A DNA stretch of 64,000 nt, taken from the NCBI GenBank assembly GCA_043228905.1, contig JBHGNT010000018.1, forward strand, positions 1,240,001 to 1,304,000, written 5' to 3'. Shown in pieces: positions 27,597 through 39,715 of this stretch (the first letter of the stretch is position 1; every line of letters starts with the position of its first letter). Below the pieces are notes generated by a model that was given only the letters and a program-made list of their open reading frames with translations, made no database searches and had not been told where the DNA came from. This DNA comes from Azolla caroliniana. Lineage: Eukaryota; Plantae; Polypodiophyta. The translations under genes and the position numbers were made by a program.

Positions 27597-29170
27597 GAGC
27601 TCCGTTTAAATGATAAACATTGTATGTGAACTTAAACATGGATGCTTCCATGTCATTTCCTCGAGATCAGTCAGTGTATTGTTTCCGTACACCAAAATGC
27701 TTCTAGGTGTACCTTCTGCAACTTGTTAAAACTCAACTTAAATGATAAGCATCATATGTGTTCCGTACACCAACATCCACGGAAGTGTTGACTTTTACTT
27801 TGTTTTCTTTCGAGGAGCATATGAAGTTGAATATCCTTCAAGTACAATCAATTGACTTGTTGAAATGTTTGTTTGCAAAATTAGCAAAAACACATTATGG
27901 GCAATACTTGTCATTGGCTTTATAGTTGTGCATGTTAATACATATATATCTCTAAAATTAATATCATAAAGTAAAATCCAATGTTGTTTTCAAGAACTAT
28001 GTTTTTATACTTGTATATAATTTGTGGTTTTTAATAATTTCATAGCAAATTGGTTATTCTATCAACATTCATAACTATCAATGTTTGCAAAGCACTAGTT
28101 TACCTCGAGACATTGTATGTGAACTTAAATTGGTTAAGCTCGGCCTAAATGATAAACATTGTATGTGAACTTAAACATGGATGCTTCCATGTCATTTCCT
28201 CGAGATCCGTTAGTGTATTGTTTCCGTACACCAATATGCTTCTAGGTGTACCTTCTGCAAATTGTTAAAACTCAACTTAAATTATAAGCATCGTATGTGT
28301 TCCGTACACTAACATCCACGAAAGTCTTGACTTTCATTTGTTTTCTTTCAAGGAGCATATAAAGTTGAATATCCTTCAAGTACAATCAATTGACTTTGTT
28401 GAAATGTTTGTTTGCAAAATTAGCAAAAACACATTATGGGCAATACTCATTGGCTTTACAGTTGTGCATGTGCATTGTGAATATATCTCTAAAATTAATA
28501 TCATATAGTCAAAAGCCAATGTTGTTTTCAAGAACTATGTTTTTATACTTGTATATAATTTGTGGTTTTTAATAATTTCATAGCAAATTGGGTAATCTAT
28601 CAACATTCATAACTATCAATGTTTGCAAAGCTCCGGTTTACCTCGAGACATTGTATGTGAACTTAAATTGGTTAAGCTCAACTTAAATGATAAACATTGT
28701 ATGTGAACATAAACATGGATGCTTCCATGTCATTTCCTCGAGATCTGTCAGTGTCTTGTTTCCGTACACCAATATGCTTCTAGATGTACCTTCTGCAAAT
28801 CGTTAAAATTCGGCTTAAATTATAAGCATCGTATGTGTTCCGTACTCTAACATCCACGAAAGTGTTGACTTTCATTTGTTTTCTTTCGAGGAGCATATAA
28901 AGTTGAATATCCTTCGAGTAGAATCAATTGACTTTGTTGAAATGTTTGTTTGCAAAATTAGCAAAAACACATTATGGGCAATCCTCATTGGCTTTACAGT
29001 TGTGCATGTGAATATATCTCTAAAAATTAATATCATAAATTTAAAAGCCAATGTTGTTTTCAAGAACTATGTTTTTATACTTGTATATAATTTGTGGTTT
29101 TTAATAGTTTCATAACAAGTTGGTTATTCAATCAACATTCATAACTATCAACGTTTGCAAAGCTCCGGTT
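27597..29170. repeat. Tandem repeat, about 3 copies of about 540 bp, preceded by older degenerate sub-repeats (about 27140-27600)
   Basis: taaatgataaacattgtatgtgaac recurs at about 27606, 28146 and 28684. Confidence 0.9.
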
Positions 29171-31267
29171 TTAATGGTAGTAGAACTCCTTGATCACGAT
29201 AGGTTCTTTTGAGCTTCAAACATTTTAAGCCCAAAGTCTTAAAACAATAGAAGCATTTGTACGACTTTGCCCATCAACCAAAAACGAACTCTGTTATCCT
29301 ACGGAAATATATTCCTTAGGATTCAGAATGACACACACTTCATTGTACTAAAAAAGACAAGTTCAACAAGGATTATCAAATGCCTTGCAATAATTTTGTT
29401 AGACATATTATGGCAATGCAAATCGATGCAATGTAACATCACTCAATGTTTCAATTTTCCAAGTCAATAATGCTTACTTTGTTTGTTGTTATGAAAGAAA
29501 CAACATTTTTGTAGGAAATATGACATTTTTTAAGCCTTTCGCTTGACAATTGTCAGGAAAATCACATTTTCACTGTATATGACATGATTTGCATGATCTT
29601 TTTCGTCCACTATATTTGTATGCATATTATAAAGGGAGTGTTGTGGCTCGTACGGAAGTACATGATCTTACCTTAATAGTGATAGATATATTCCATAAAT
29701 TTAGAATATAAAATTCCCTAGGCTAAAATTTTCAACATCATGCACCCTTGTTTCCATGTTAATTTTGTTTCCACATTAATATTGTACGATATTTAACATA
29801 TTTTATGAACTAGTTTCTCCCATGAATTAAAATGCACGAATGTAGGTTCATCAAAAGATCATGTGACATACGATGTATGTGAGTACTTCCACTTCTTCTC
29901 TTTATACACATTATATAGCTTTTTGGGTTGCTATGTAAACATGATCATGAATCATGAGAGAAGTACGATTGCCCACAATTTCCTAAGATGGTTGATGAAC
30001 ATGCTTTCAAAACATATGTTGCACCAAAAACAAAATTTATATCCTAATCATACATCACTTTTTCACGAAAGTAATGCATAATGGCCGAAGTTTGTTAAAA
30101 GATAAGAAATTTGTCACAAATTTGGATCTAAAAAGTACAAAGTGGTACATTACCCCACAAATCTAAAAGCATTTTTGCTTCGCTTACAAGCACCAAACCA
30201 CTTTGTAATTGTTTATATACGATTGCAAAAAGAGCAAATCTAACGATACACTATCATAATTTCCTCATGATAGTTATGGCTTGTATTTGGGGATTATTTA
30301 TTTTGGTGTAAATCATGAGAAATCCCCACATTTTTACATTGGATTTTAGTAGAAATTATTGCATGAAGATCTTCAACAAGAAGTTCGAATATTTGATACC
30401 ACTTTTTCCTGAACACTGAGTGTGGAATGAATATATGCTAGGTTCCCCTACATAGTGTACGTGTACCTAACAACAAATATAAAGAAACAATTACCACCTA
30501 CAATGCTACACTTCATAATAACATTGATACTTCTCAATTTCACAAAATATGTAAAACCGGTTCATAATGTTGGAATATAAGATTTATACTATATCAAGCA
30601 AGTCATGTTTTGCATCGTCGCCTACATTTCCCTTCCACATAAGATGATCGTCATGATTCATATAATCCAATTATATGTGTATTGCATATGTCTTTATTTG
30701 TTTTCATATGATTAAGTACATACTTGAAAACCTAAATGCTCGTATTATTAGTTATCTATCAATTAGAGAAGAGAAACCATAGACTCACCAATGCTTTGTT
30801 ATTTTGTGTTCTGACTATAGAATTTAGACTATCGTTATTAGGAACTTAGAATTTCATTATTGCATTCTTAGTGGTGTTCCCATTAAGGTAATGTGTCCTT
30901 AGCCTAAAGATATTATACATAGCTTCTGCTTCACTTGGGTTTCATCTTATGGTTCACTTAATATCAAGTATTTACTATTTTACTTATTAATGTTGAAGTA
31001 TTATCACACTTGATCTCATTAAATTGTTTTGAGAGATGACTTAACTTGATCGATTCATGTTCCCTCTTTTATTAGTGATTCACTAGTGTTATCATCACTA
31101 AGGATAAGCCTCTCAAGGGGTTCCGATCAAAACACTTTCCTAAATATATGAGCATTATATAGATCCACCATGCTTGAAATATGAGAAGACTAGGGTCAGA
31201 AAACTCTCCATGAAGTGAATTGTATATTATCATATCTATATAAATTTATACATACAACATCATTGCC

Positions 31268-33361
31268 TTAGAACCCAAAATCGCTTTTTTCCATCTCAAG
31301 GAGAAGGGAATTGGAGGACATCTGAAACGGCATCGGCACCTCGGGGGGAGATAAGCTCCTAATGAGAGCCCAATTGATGCCTTTGAAGAAAGGATGTTGC
31401 TTTATCTCCGATGCTCCGCGTGTGTATCCAAGCCTCTTCTCGGGATCTTTTACGAGCAAACGTCGAATAAGATCTCTCGCAGCCAAACTCGAATTGTGTA
31501 TCTCGGGAAACTGAAGCGGTTTCCCAAGGATATTCAACAAAGTGGCTTTGTTGTCTTGTCCTTTGAATGGGGTGGTCCCATAGAGAAGCTCATAGAGAAG
31601 GATGCCAAAGGTCCACCAATCCACGGCACTCCCATGCCCTTCTCCGATAATAATCTCGGGCGCGATATATTCATAAGTTCCAACAAAAGACATCGATTTG
31701 GTCCCCGTTGGCTCAATGAAGACCTCAGGCAAAGGAGCCACTTGATTACCGGGTTCATTCTTCCTTAGCCTCGACTTTGCGGATCTCAATAGCATTTTTG
31801 GAGAGAAACAAGAAGGTTGCATACATAGGGGATACTTGTCTTGAGAGGCATCTGGTTCTACCATGGATGGGGTACTAGAGTGAACTGAACACGATTTCAA
31901 CAATGTCGGTTTTACCGCACATTGCAAGGAGAGGTCAAAATCGGAGAGCATGATGTGCCCATCTTCTCTGATGAGAATGTTTTCGGGCTTTAAATCTCGG
32001 TAAATCACGCCCTTCATGTGTAAATACTCGAGCGAAAGGAGTACTTCCGCTGCGTAAAACCTGCGCATGGGGCAAATTAAGATGGTCATGTTTGAGACAA
32101 TATGGTTTATTTTAATCATATATATTCAAATTGGCACGGGGTTAATGAAAATTTACATGAAGCAATGATAGATGGGGGAAATAGCATTCAATATGCATTA
32201 GGCATGATGATGATTATGACACATGAGTGAGATGTATGGGTTGAAATGATCATAATTCCACATGCCCATGCTTCTTCATATAGAGGATTCATATGATAAG
32301 AGCCTCATGGCTAATGGTTTGGGTGGGGCAGTGGGCCATGATTCATTCAGGGTGTGCGCATAACGCAATGCACACAATGGATGCATCGAATCGAAATAGG
32401 ATGTATGTATGGTATGGTATGTATGTACGACATTCATGCGAAAATACGAAAGTATGTATGCATGTTTGATCAAGAATTTGCAATGTAAATTACTGGGGTC
32501 ATTGAGAAAATCCCTACTTTGCATCGCAAATTTTCGATCAAGCATGCATACATACTTTCATATATACATATATACACGCGCATGAATGTCGTACATACAT
32601 ACATACATAACATACATATATACACATGAATGTCATACATATATACATGGCGCTATGACCTCGAAGAATTCTTACCTTGTGGCGGATTCGGAGAAATGCT
32701 TGCAAGGTTGTTTCTGCCTAAGTGCATGAAGGTCTCCGCCAGCGCAAAACTCGATGACCAGGCATGCGAATCTATCCGTCTCGAAATCCGCGTAAAGTGT
32801 CGGCAAAAATGGGTGGTCGAGCGTCCGCAGGATGTCCCGCTCCGTGTGGACACGCTGGACCTTCTTCCGAGTCTCCAAGAGCTCCTTGTCCATCATCTTC
32901 ATAGCAAACCAACACTTGCTATGCTTACTCATCTCACTCTGATTAAAATTAGGTAATGGCCCCTTGAGCTCCACAAGATACACACTTCCAATGTCGCCAT
33001 ACCCGAGTTTCTTCAGGGGTGTGAAATTCTGTAACCCTAACCCTGACTGGCCTAAGCCAGCCAACCGGATCGCTTCGCTGCATTCGGGATTCTTTCCATA
33101 GCTTATCATCGGATCACGGTCGTTAGCTTCGTCGCGATTCCCGCGGGCCCTGTGATCGTTCTTGCTGGGTCTGGTTGATCTAGACCTTCTTAAATCCATG
33201 GTTTTGGAAGGGTTCTTGTGTCTGTGAGGGGAAGCCATGATGGAAACAGGGTGTGGAGCGGTGCTCTTGGATCTGAGGAGCACTGGGGAGGATTTGAGGC
33301 GATGGTTGGATGATTTTAAAGCCTGAGCGCTGTGGGGTTCCGGATTGATCTGGTCCATCAT
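31268..33361 (-). CDS. AGCVIII protein kinase (D6PK/KIPK-like), about 492 aa. Exons 33361-32676 and 32060-31268.
   Basis: [16 protein letters not shown] and [10 protein letters not shown] are followed by a spliced ATR|FYAAE junction and YRDLKPEN. The AGCVIII-specific DFD, an insert with CMQPSC and a basic patch, and [12 protein letters not shown] are all present. Confidence 0.93.
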
Positions 33362-33917
33362 ACTTTGGATGACTTCTGTTCCAAGTCTTTTGAAAAAAGA
33401 AAGAAAAGGGAAGGATTGGATTGGATTGGATTGGGCGTGAAGTTTCAGGATTATGTCAATTTCAAAAGGAGGAAGGAAGAAGAATGGATGGATGGATGGA
33501 TGGACTGTGTGTGTGTGTGTTTATTTTAGGGTTCCATGGAGAACTCGAAACCCCGATCAGAGAAATGCGGAGGAGATGATTGATTTGAATTCCTTCAATC
33601 TTCAGTCTTTTTATATATGTGTGGGATTTTGGATGGGGGATTGCCCTTCGTCTTTCTTCTCCTCCGTTTACTTCTTCTTTCTTTCTTTCCTTTCTTTCCT
33701 TTCTTTCTCTGTTTCTTTATGTTAATTAATGTGCCCATGTTTTTTTCATGCTCTTTTCTTCTTTTCTTTTTTTTCGCTTCACAAAAAGCAGGGCCTCCCC
33801 TCCCCCCCCCCCCCCCACACACACACACAAATTCACACACGTTTTGCAATGCTTTTTTTTCACACACGTTTTGCAATGCTTTTCTCCTTGCTCTCTGGCT
33901 TCTTGTCTCCCAGGGCA

Positions 33918-34145
33918 AACACTTCCTGCCTGGTCTTTGGCCGGCTTTGTCCCTTGACCCCCCAACTCCTCGTCCTGCCTCCTAATCAACAAACACTTCA
34001 TGCCTGGCCTTTGGCCGGCTTTGTCACTTGACCCTTGACTCCTCGTCCCGCCTCCTAATCAACAAACACTTCATGCCTGGCCTTTGGCCGGCTTTGTCAC
34101 TTGACCCTTGACTTGACCCTTGACTCCTCGTCCCGCCTCCTCATC
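33918..34145. repeat. Tandem repeat, 3 copies of 73 bp, upstream of the kinase
   Basis: aaacacttc(a/c)tgcctgg starts at 33918, 33991 and 34064. Confidence 0.9.
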
Positions 34146-35250
34146 ACTTGCCCCAGATTCGTCCCCCCCTCCCCTTACCAACCTTGCCTCATCTCTTGTC
34201 CTACATGTGTCCTCTTGGCCTCCGATGTCTGTCCGCACCACACTTCCTGTCCGTGCCACCCAACGGTTCAATTTCACATTACATACACCCCACCAACCTT
34301 CTGCCTCGATCACTTGCTCACCTCCTCGTTTAGACCGCTCTTTCAATGAATCTGTTTGCTCTCTCGCCACCCTGCCCTACCATGTCGTAATTCGCCTCCT
34401 GGTTTAGACCACTCTTTTGTTGACTCCATTTACTGCAATCAGTTGGATCTCCCATTCTTCTAATCGGTTCTAGCTACATTTTGTCGTACTATCATTCATC
34501 CGTCACCCACACCTACATGCGATTCGTTTCACCTTCTCTTCATTCATCCAATAAGCAATGAAATGTGGGCCATTCATCCAGCTGGTTCTAGCTACATTTT
34601 GTCATGTCATTCATCCATCGCCCACACTTACATGCGAATCATTTCACCTTCTCTTCATTCATACTATACGTTATTGGCTTGTTCATTAAGTTGTTCCGGA
34701 CTACACTTTTTCTACTTCTTTATTGACTTGTAGAGTTGTTCTCTCTCTTCTTCTTTCATGTTATACTCTTTACTTCGTTCTTTGTGTAGTTGGTCCACAC
34801 TACACTGTGAGATTGTTTGTCCACCTCCACATTAACCTACTTTCCTAATCATTCACCCTAGATTCAACTACATCATGCTAGGTTCTTTGTCCACATGATT
34901 TCAACTATACTTTGCCATATTGTTTTCCACCTTCATGCCAACTTGTGAAGTCACATGTGTGTGTATATATGGCTACCTTTATCACACCATTACCCATCTC
35001 CCATCTTGTTAACATTGTTCACGGTTTTTTGTTTTGCTAAAATTTCAAGTTCCCCTTTTACGTACTTATAATAATAGAAAATCACAAAAAAAGACAAACA
35101 ATTTACAAGCAAAAAAAAAATGCATTCATGATGGATATTTCCCTTTTAGGTATAGTTCTCTCGCAAGTTAAAAATGTGGGAATGCGAGCACCTTTTCATT
35201 AGACATTACAACATATGTACTTGAAATTGCACGTGTAGATCCATATAGAT

Positions 35251-35380
35251 GTGTGCTATGATATTAGCCACTATCCCAAAAAGTTTGTTAGCCATTTGAA
35301 CATCTACCTTTCTCGTGTGCTATGATATTAGCCACTATCCAAAAAAGTTTGTTAGCCATTTGAACATCTACCTTTCTCGT
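35251..35380. repeat. Tandem duplication, 2 copies of 64 bp
   Basis: gtgtgctatgatattagccactatcc...ctacctttctc occurs at 35251 and 35315. Confidence 0.9.
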
Positions 35381-38267
35381 TATATGGATTAAATCTTTGG
35401 AACGATCCAACTCATACGCCAAACCTCACCTTCTTGTTGACTAGTACAACCTCGAAAAGAAAATGAGTCACTTTTGAAAGATAATCTCCATTGCAAACAA
35501 GTGAGGTAAGCATTTTGCTAGTTGGTTCATTCAATGATCTTACTCTATTCATATATTCCATATCTATGTATACTTTCCATGTGGTATTGTTGACTTTGTT
35601 CATTCAGAAATGGTTTTGACATGTTGCACCGAGTTATGTGTGGTGTTCAGCCCCTTTTCTGCGTGATGTACACAAATTTGTCATATCATATAGATGGCAT
35701 TGCACATGGCATCTTGTGTTTAGTGTAGCCTTTTTGACGATTGATCACACCTCACATTCCCCGTGTGATTGAAATATGTTTGAGTTTACAAAAAAGGCAC
35801 GTACTCGACTTTTGTTGTTTTCTCCTATTTTTCCCACATTTGTCTTCTTTATATTTTTGTAGGGAGGACAATTCCAACTTTTCACATTTATTGATTAAAC
35901 TTAGCTAAAGTGGGCACCCCAAGTCATTGTTCATTTATTATATAAACTCGTCATTGATGACATCCTCCATATTGATCAATTACAACTCATGTCCATTTAT
36001 CTCATAGCTTTGTCACTAATGGCATTGCCCCTTATATTAAAAACTCAAAAATGTCAAAGCATTAACTTAACTAGAGGGCTCATGCAAGACTACCTCAACA
36101 TAGTGTTATTAGTGTCAACAATTGCCTTTGTAAAACCTTGTTCTTTGGAGCAATTTGTTACTATGCAATGATCTCAAACAAAACCTACAAGGAATTAATG
36201 TTACACCAAACCCACCGTGCAAAGGTTGATTGGATAAACCACACCATCATGTTTACATGCTAGAATGTTGAGATTCGAAACTAATAAGTTCACAATTTCA
36301 GTAACATAGTATTTTTGTAGATCTGATTGGTGGGGATGTTTCAAGTGTCATATGAGATGTATGCATACATGCAACAATTTCACATTGTGCTTTAGCATGT
36401 AAAGTTTGTTAACTTTGAAAATTGTAAAACACTAAGTATTCTACGTAACAAGGTCAAATAAATCGACCAATTCACATTTGACAATGAAGTCCTTGCAACC
36501 TTTTGTATTTGGATTTGAATCCAATAGATAGGATAAAATATTCGAGGACTCATTGAAACATTTGGTCTACCTTGAGCAAATCAAGAGTTTGATTCTCCTT
36601 AAATTGGTTAATCTCATAGCCTTGAGTTGAACTTCATACATAAAAATGAACGGTCACGACCACAATAAAAATTGGAACCAATTCAATTACATATGGTGTT
36701 TGGATACAACCAAGTTATTAGAGTAAGTATATTGTTTGGACGCGACCAACATAAAACATAAGGAAGCAATTCAGTATGTGCGGTGTTCAAATATAATATC
36801 TATCTATCTATCTATATATACATAGCATAATTAGAAACACTTTATCATGATGTATATTTTAAGATGCCTTATATTTTTCTCTAAAATTATTTCGCCTTCT
36901 TCGACTAACACTACACACGGCTAGCTAGTTGATGAATGTCATGTCAACGTGTCATTCTCTCCTTAGAATTCTACATATAACTACAAACAAGTCAAATTAC
37001 TTGGCCCAAACCTTCTTTCCTACTCTATTTTTCTATGCTTTGCAAACTTATTTAATCAAAATAAAACTAATATGTCTAATACTAGATCAAACCCTTTGTT
37101 TTAACTAATAATATCCAACATAGACATTTTGTACTGTGGATCAATATCATGATTTTGCACGTGAGGTAAACCTTTCATAATAGGCAATACAAAATGTGGT
37201 AAAGTCGTGATGCAAAATGACAATAATCATTTGTAATATTTGAGCTTGATTGGGTTCTATTTGTTTGTGTCATTTGCGACATGTGTCCTTTCTTTTCTCG
37301 CCTCACATGTTGATGATTTTGTGCCACATTAGCATGGGTTCCCATTACAACACTCAAATCTTACGCAATCCTTTATTAGTCTTCAACCCACCTAGATGGG
37401 TATTGATATAACAATGCATATTTATTAATATGTTTTCTTGTGTTTGCTCCATATTTTTTTATACCCATGCCACCTTGGCATGGATTTCCTTTGGCCACTA
37501 GGCTTTAAATTTAGTAAAATACTAATTCTTCACAAAGTTCCTAAGATATTCTTATTTCCAAAACTTCTAGAATATCCCACATTTTTCAACACTCCAAGAA
37601 TTTATTTCTATTAATATTATAAGTTATCCAAAATTATCTGCCTTAGTGGTCTATGATGTCAGCATCAAAGTAATCATTTTAAGAGATTTGATGTTTGATG
37701 TGCACCATGGGCTTGGCCCACCCGCGTTGGGAGGACATCAATAGTCTATCTACCTATCCACCTCTCCCTACACAAAAGTTTACATGTTGGGTATATCCAT
37801 TTATCCATGAGCTTGGCCCACACATAGATCACAAACTCATCCAATAGGTCATATTCGAGGCGGATCCTAGAAATTTGTATATCTCAAGCATCCCATGCAA
37901 TGTGTTTTATTTGTTAGGATGCCTCACAATTGGCTAAATCAATTGATTAAGTAACGTGACACAAATAAAAAATGCTATTGAATAAATGTGTTTGGTAACT
38001 AAGGCACATATCTGAACCAATTAGTTGTGCACTACTTGATAAACACCAACACCAAAACCAACCTCAACGTGTTGAGATGGAAGGATTTGAATTCAATATG
38101 ATCAGTGAATCCAAGGGCTATATAGAGGAGAACTCTGAGAACCTTGACTTTTCGACTGATTGGCATCAAATTACTTTGTCAGGTGCGAGGGTCAGAGCAA
38201 CACAACTACTCGGTCGTGCTCTAACAATTAAAGTTATGAGTGGCAGGTGATGAGGAGTCAGGAACAA

Positions 38268-38326
<59 letters not shown>

Positions 38327-38457
38327 AAGATATATTAACGTCTTCTAAGGCCAAATTTGGCCCATGAGACAAATGGTTTACAAAAAATGGGAAATTTACC
38401 CATTCATCAAAAGTAAAAAATGAAAATAAGATAAAAAATAATTCTAAAAAAAAAACA

Positions 38458-39715
38458 TGTTCTACAATGAAAAGATGTTATACTAGGCCTAATTTCATTT
38501 CCATCCAAGTCTCTCGAAGAGAAGTAGGAGGTCAAAGGGTTGCGATGTGGATGTGGCCCGTGGTCCCAATGTAAAAAGTACCCCAACCATAGCTTCTAGT
38601 CGACGTAGCTTATGTTGTTATGAAGATTTTCGGCAATAGTGTGAAAATCCCATAAAACGTACGAAATCGAGTATGAATCATGTAGTACAATAATTGTGAA
38701 GATAACATTTTAAATAGATTTAATATCTAAGTACAAAATAATGGAGGTTTCGAATGCACTTTATTACACGAGAAACGGACAACTAAATGTCAAGATATGA
38801 GGGTATAAAGTTTGTAAAAGGAAAGGAGAAAATTGTGAGATATCCCACATAGGCACGACAAATACAGCTCTCATCATATATAAGGTGGAGCAAAAGATGT
38901 TATCTTTGTGTCTATGTGTGGAGCATAGAGAGTTCAAGGTAACTTGAACTAAGAGTGGAGGTGGGCTAGCTACTCGTAAAGGGTTTTGGCCAACCAAAAC
39001 CGGACCGACGATGGAGCCGGTGATCCGGAGGCATCCGACGGTGATCCGACGACGACAACGGTAACCGACGGCATCCGGCGAACCGGCGTCCGGCGACTAG
39101 ATAAATAAATATATAAATATATATACATATTTACATATACAAGGAGGGCAAGTAAGGATTTGAACCTTGCACCTCCAAGTTAGGAGTCAATTGGCTTACC
39201 ATTAAGCCATGCTATTTAGTTGAAATTATATTTCTATCATAGTACTTTTACATGTAAATTCTCATACATGAGAACTAAAATGAGTGACATAGTTATCATG
39301 CACCACATGTAATACATAAGCGCCAAATGGCAAACATGCAATTTATGCATGTCTTGTACCCTCACATGCATCATATGCATGAGAGCATCTATAAAAGAGG
39401 GAAGGGGGAGGAGAAAAAACACGATTTTTTATGAAAATTAAGAGGGAGAAATTCGTTATCAAATTGATCGTGTAACTTGTTTCTTAAATCTAAAAGTTCA
39501 ATCAATCTCTCTCAATCGTGTAATCTCAACTTCTCTCTTTCCCAATCTATCTTAAGTACTTTCTCGCCAAAGCTTGTATCGACTCTAAATCCTTCTGGTC
39601 TAGAACCCCAGCGGTTCCGCCTCACGATCCGCGCGTAGTGACGGATCTTCACGACAACGTTCCCTTATCTTCTTAATCTTTTCTACTCCACGTCGACTTG
39701 TTTTGAAGCCCAACA
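38458..39715 (+). mobile_element. Probable solo LTR or LTR-like insertion in the LINE 3'UTR
   Basis: It has TGTT...AACA ends and a TATA box at about 39390 followed by a CT-rich leader, and it interrupts the LINE 3' region. No canonical TSD flanks these ends, so the left boundary is uncertain. Confidence 0.5.

Noticed and set aside
35400-38260. Hidden gene or identifiable TE in this AT-rich interval (likewise 29200-31200 and 1-1490)
   Set aside because: Only short ORFs without recognisable motifs or termini were found. These are probably old TE debris, intron or UTR sequence that cannot be called by eye.
39146-39215. Functional tRNA genes here and at about 12960-13030 and 17030-17095
   Set aside because: A/B boxes and spacing are tRNA-like, but the acceptor and anticodon stems do not pair properly and all lie inside LTR-type sequences. 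They are reported as tRNA-derived modules instead.
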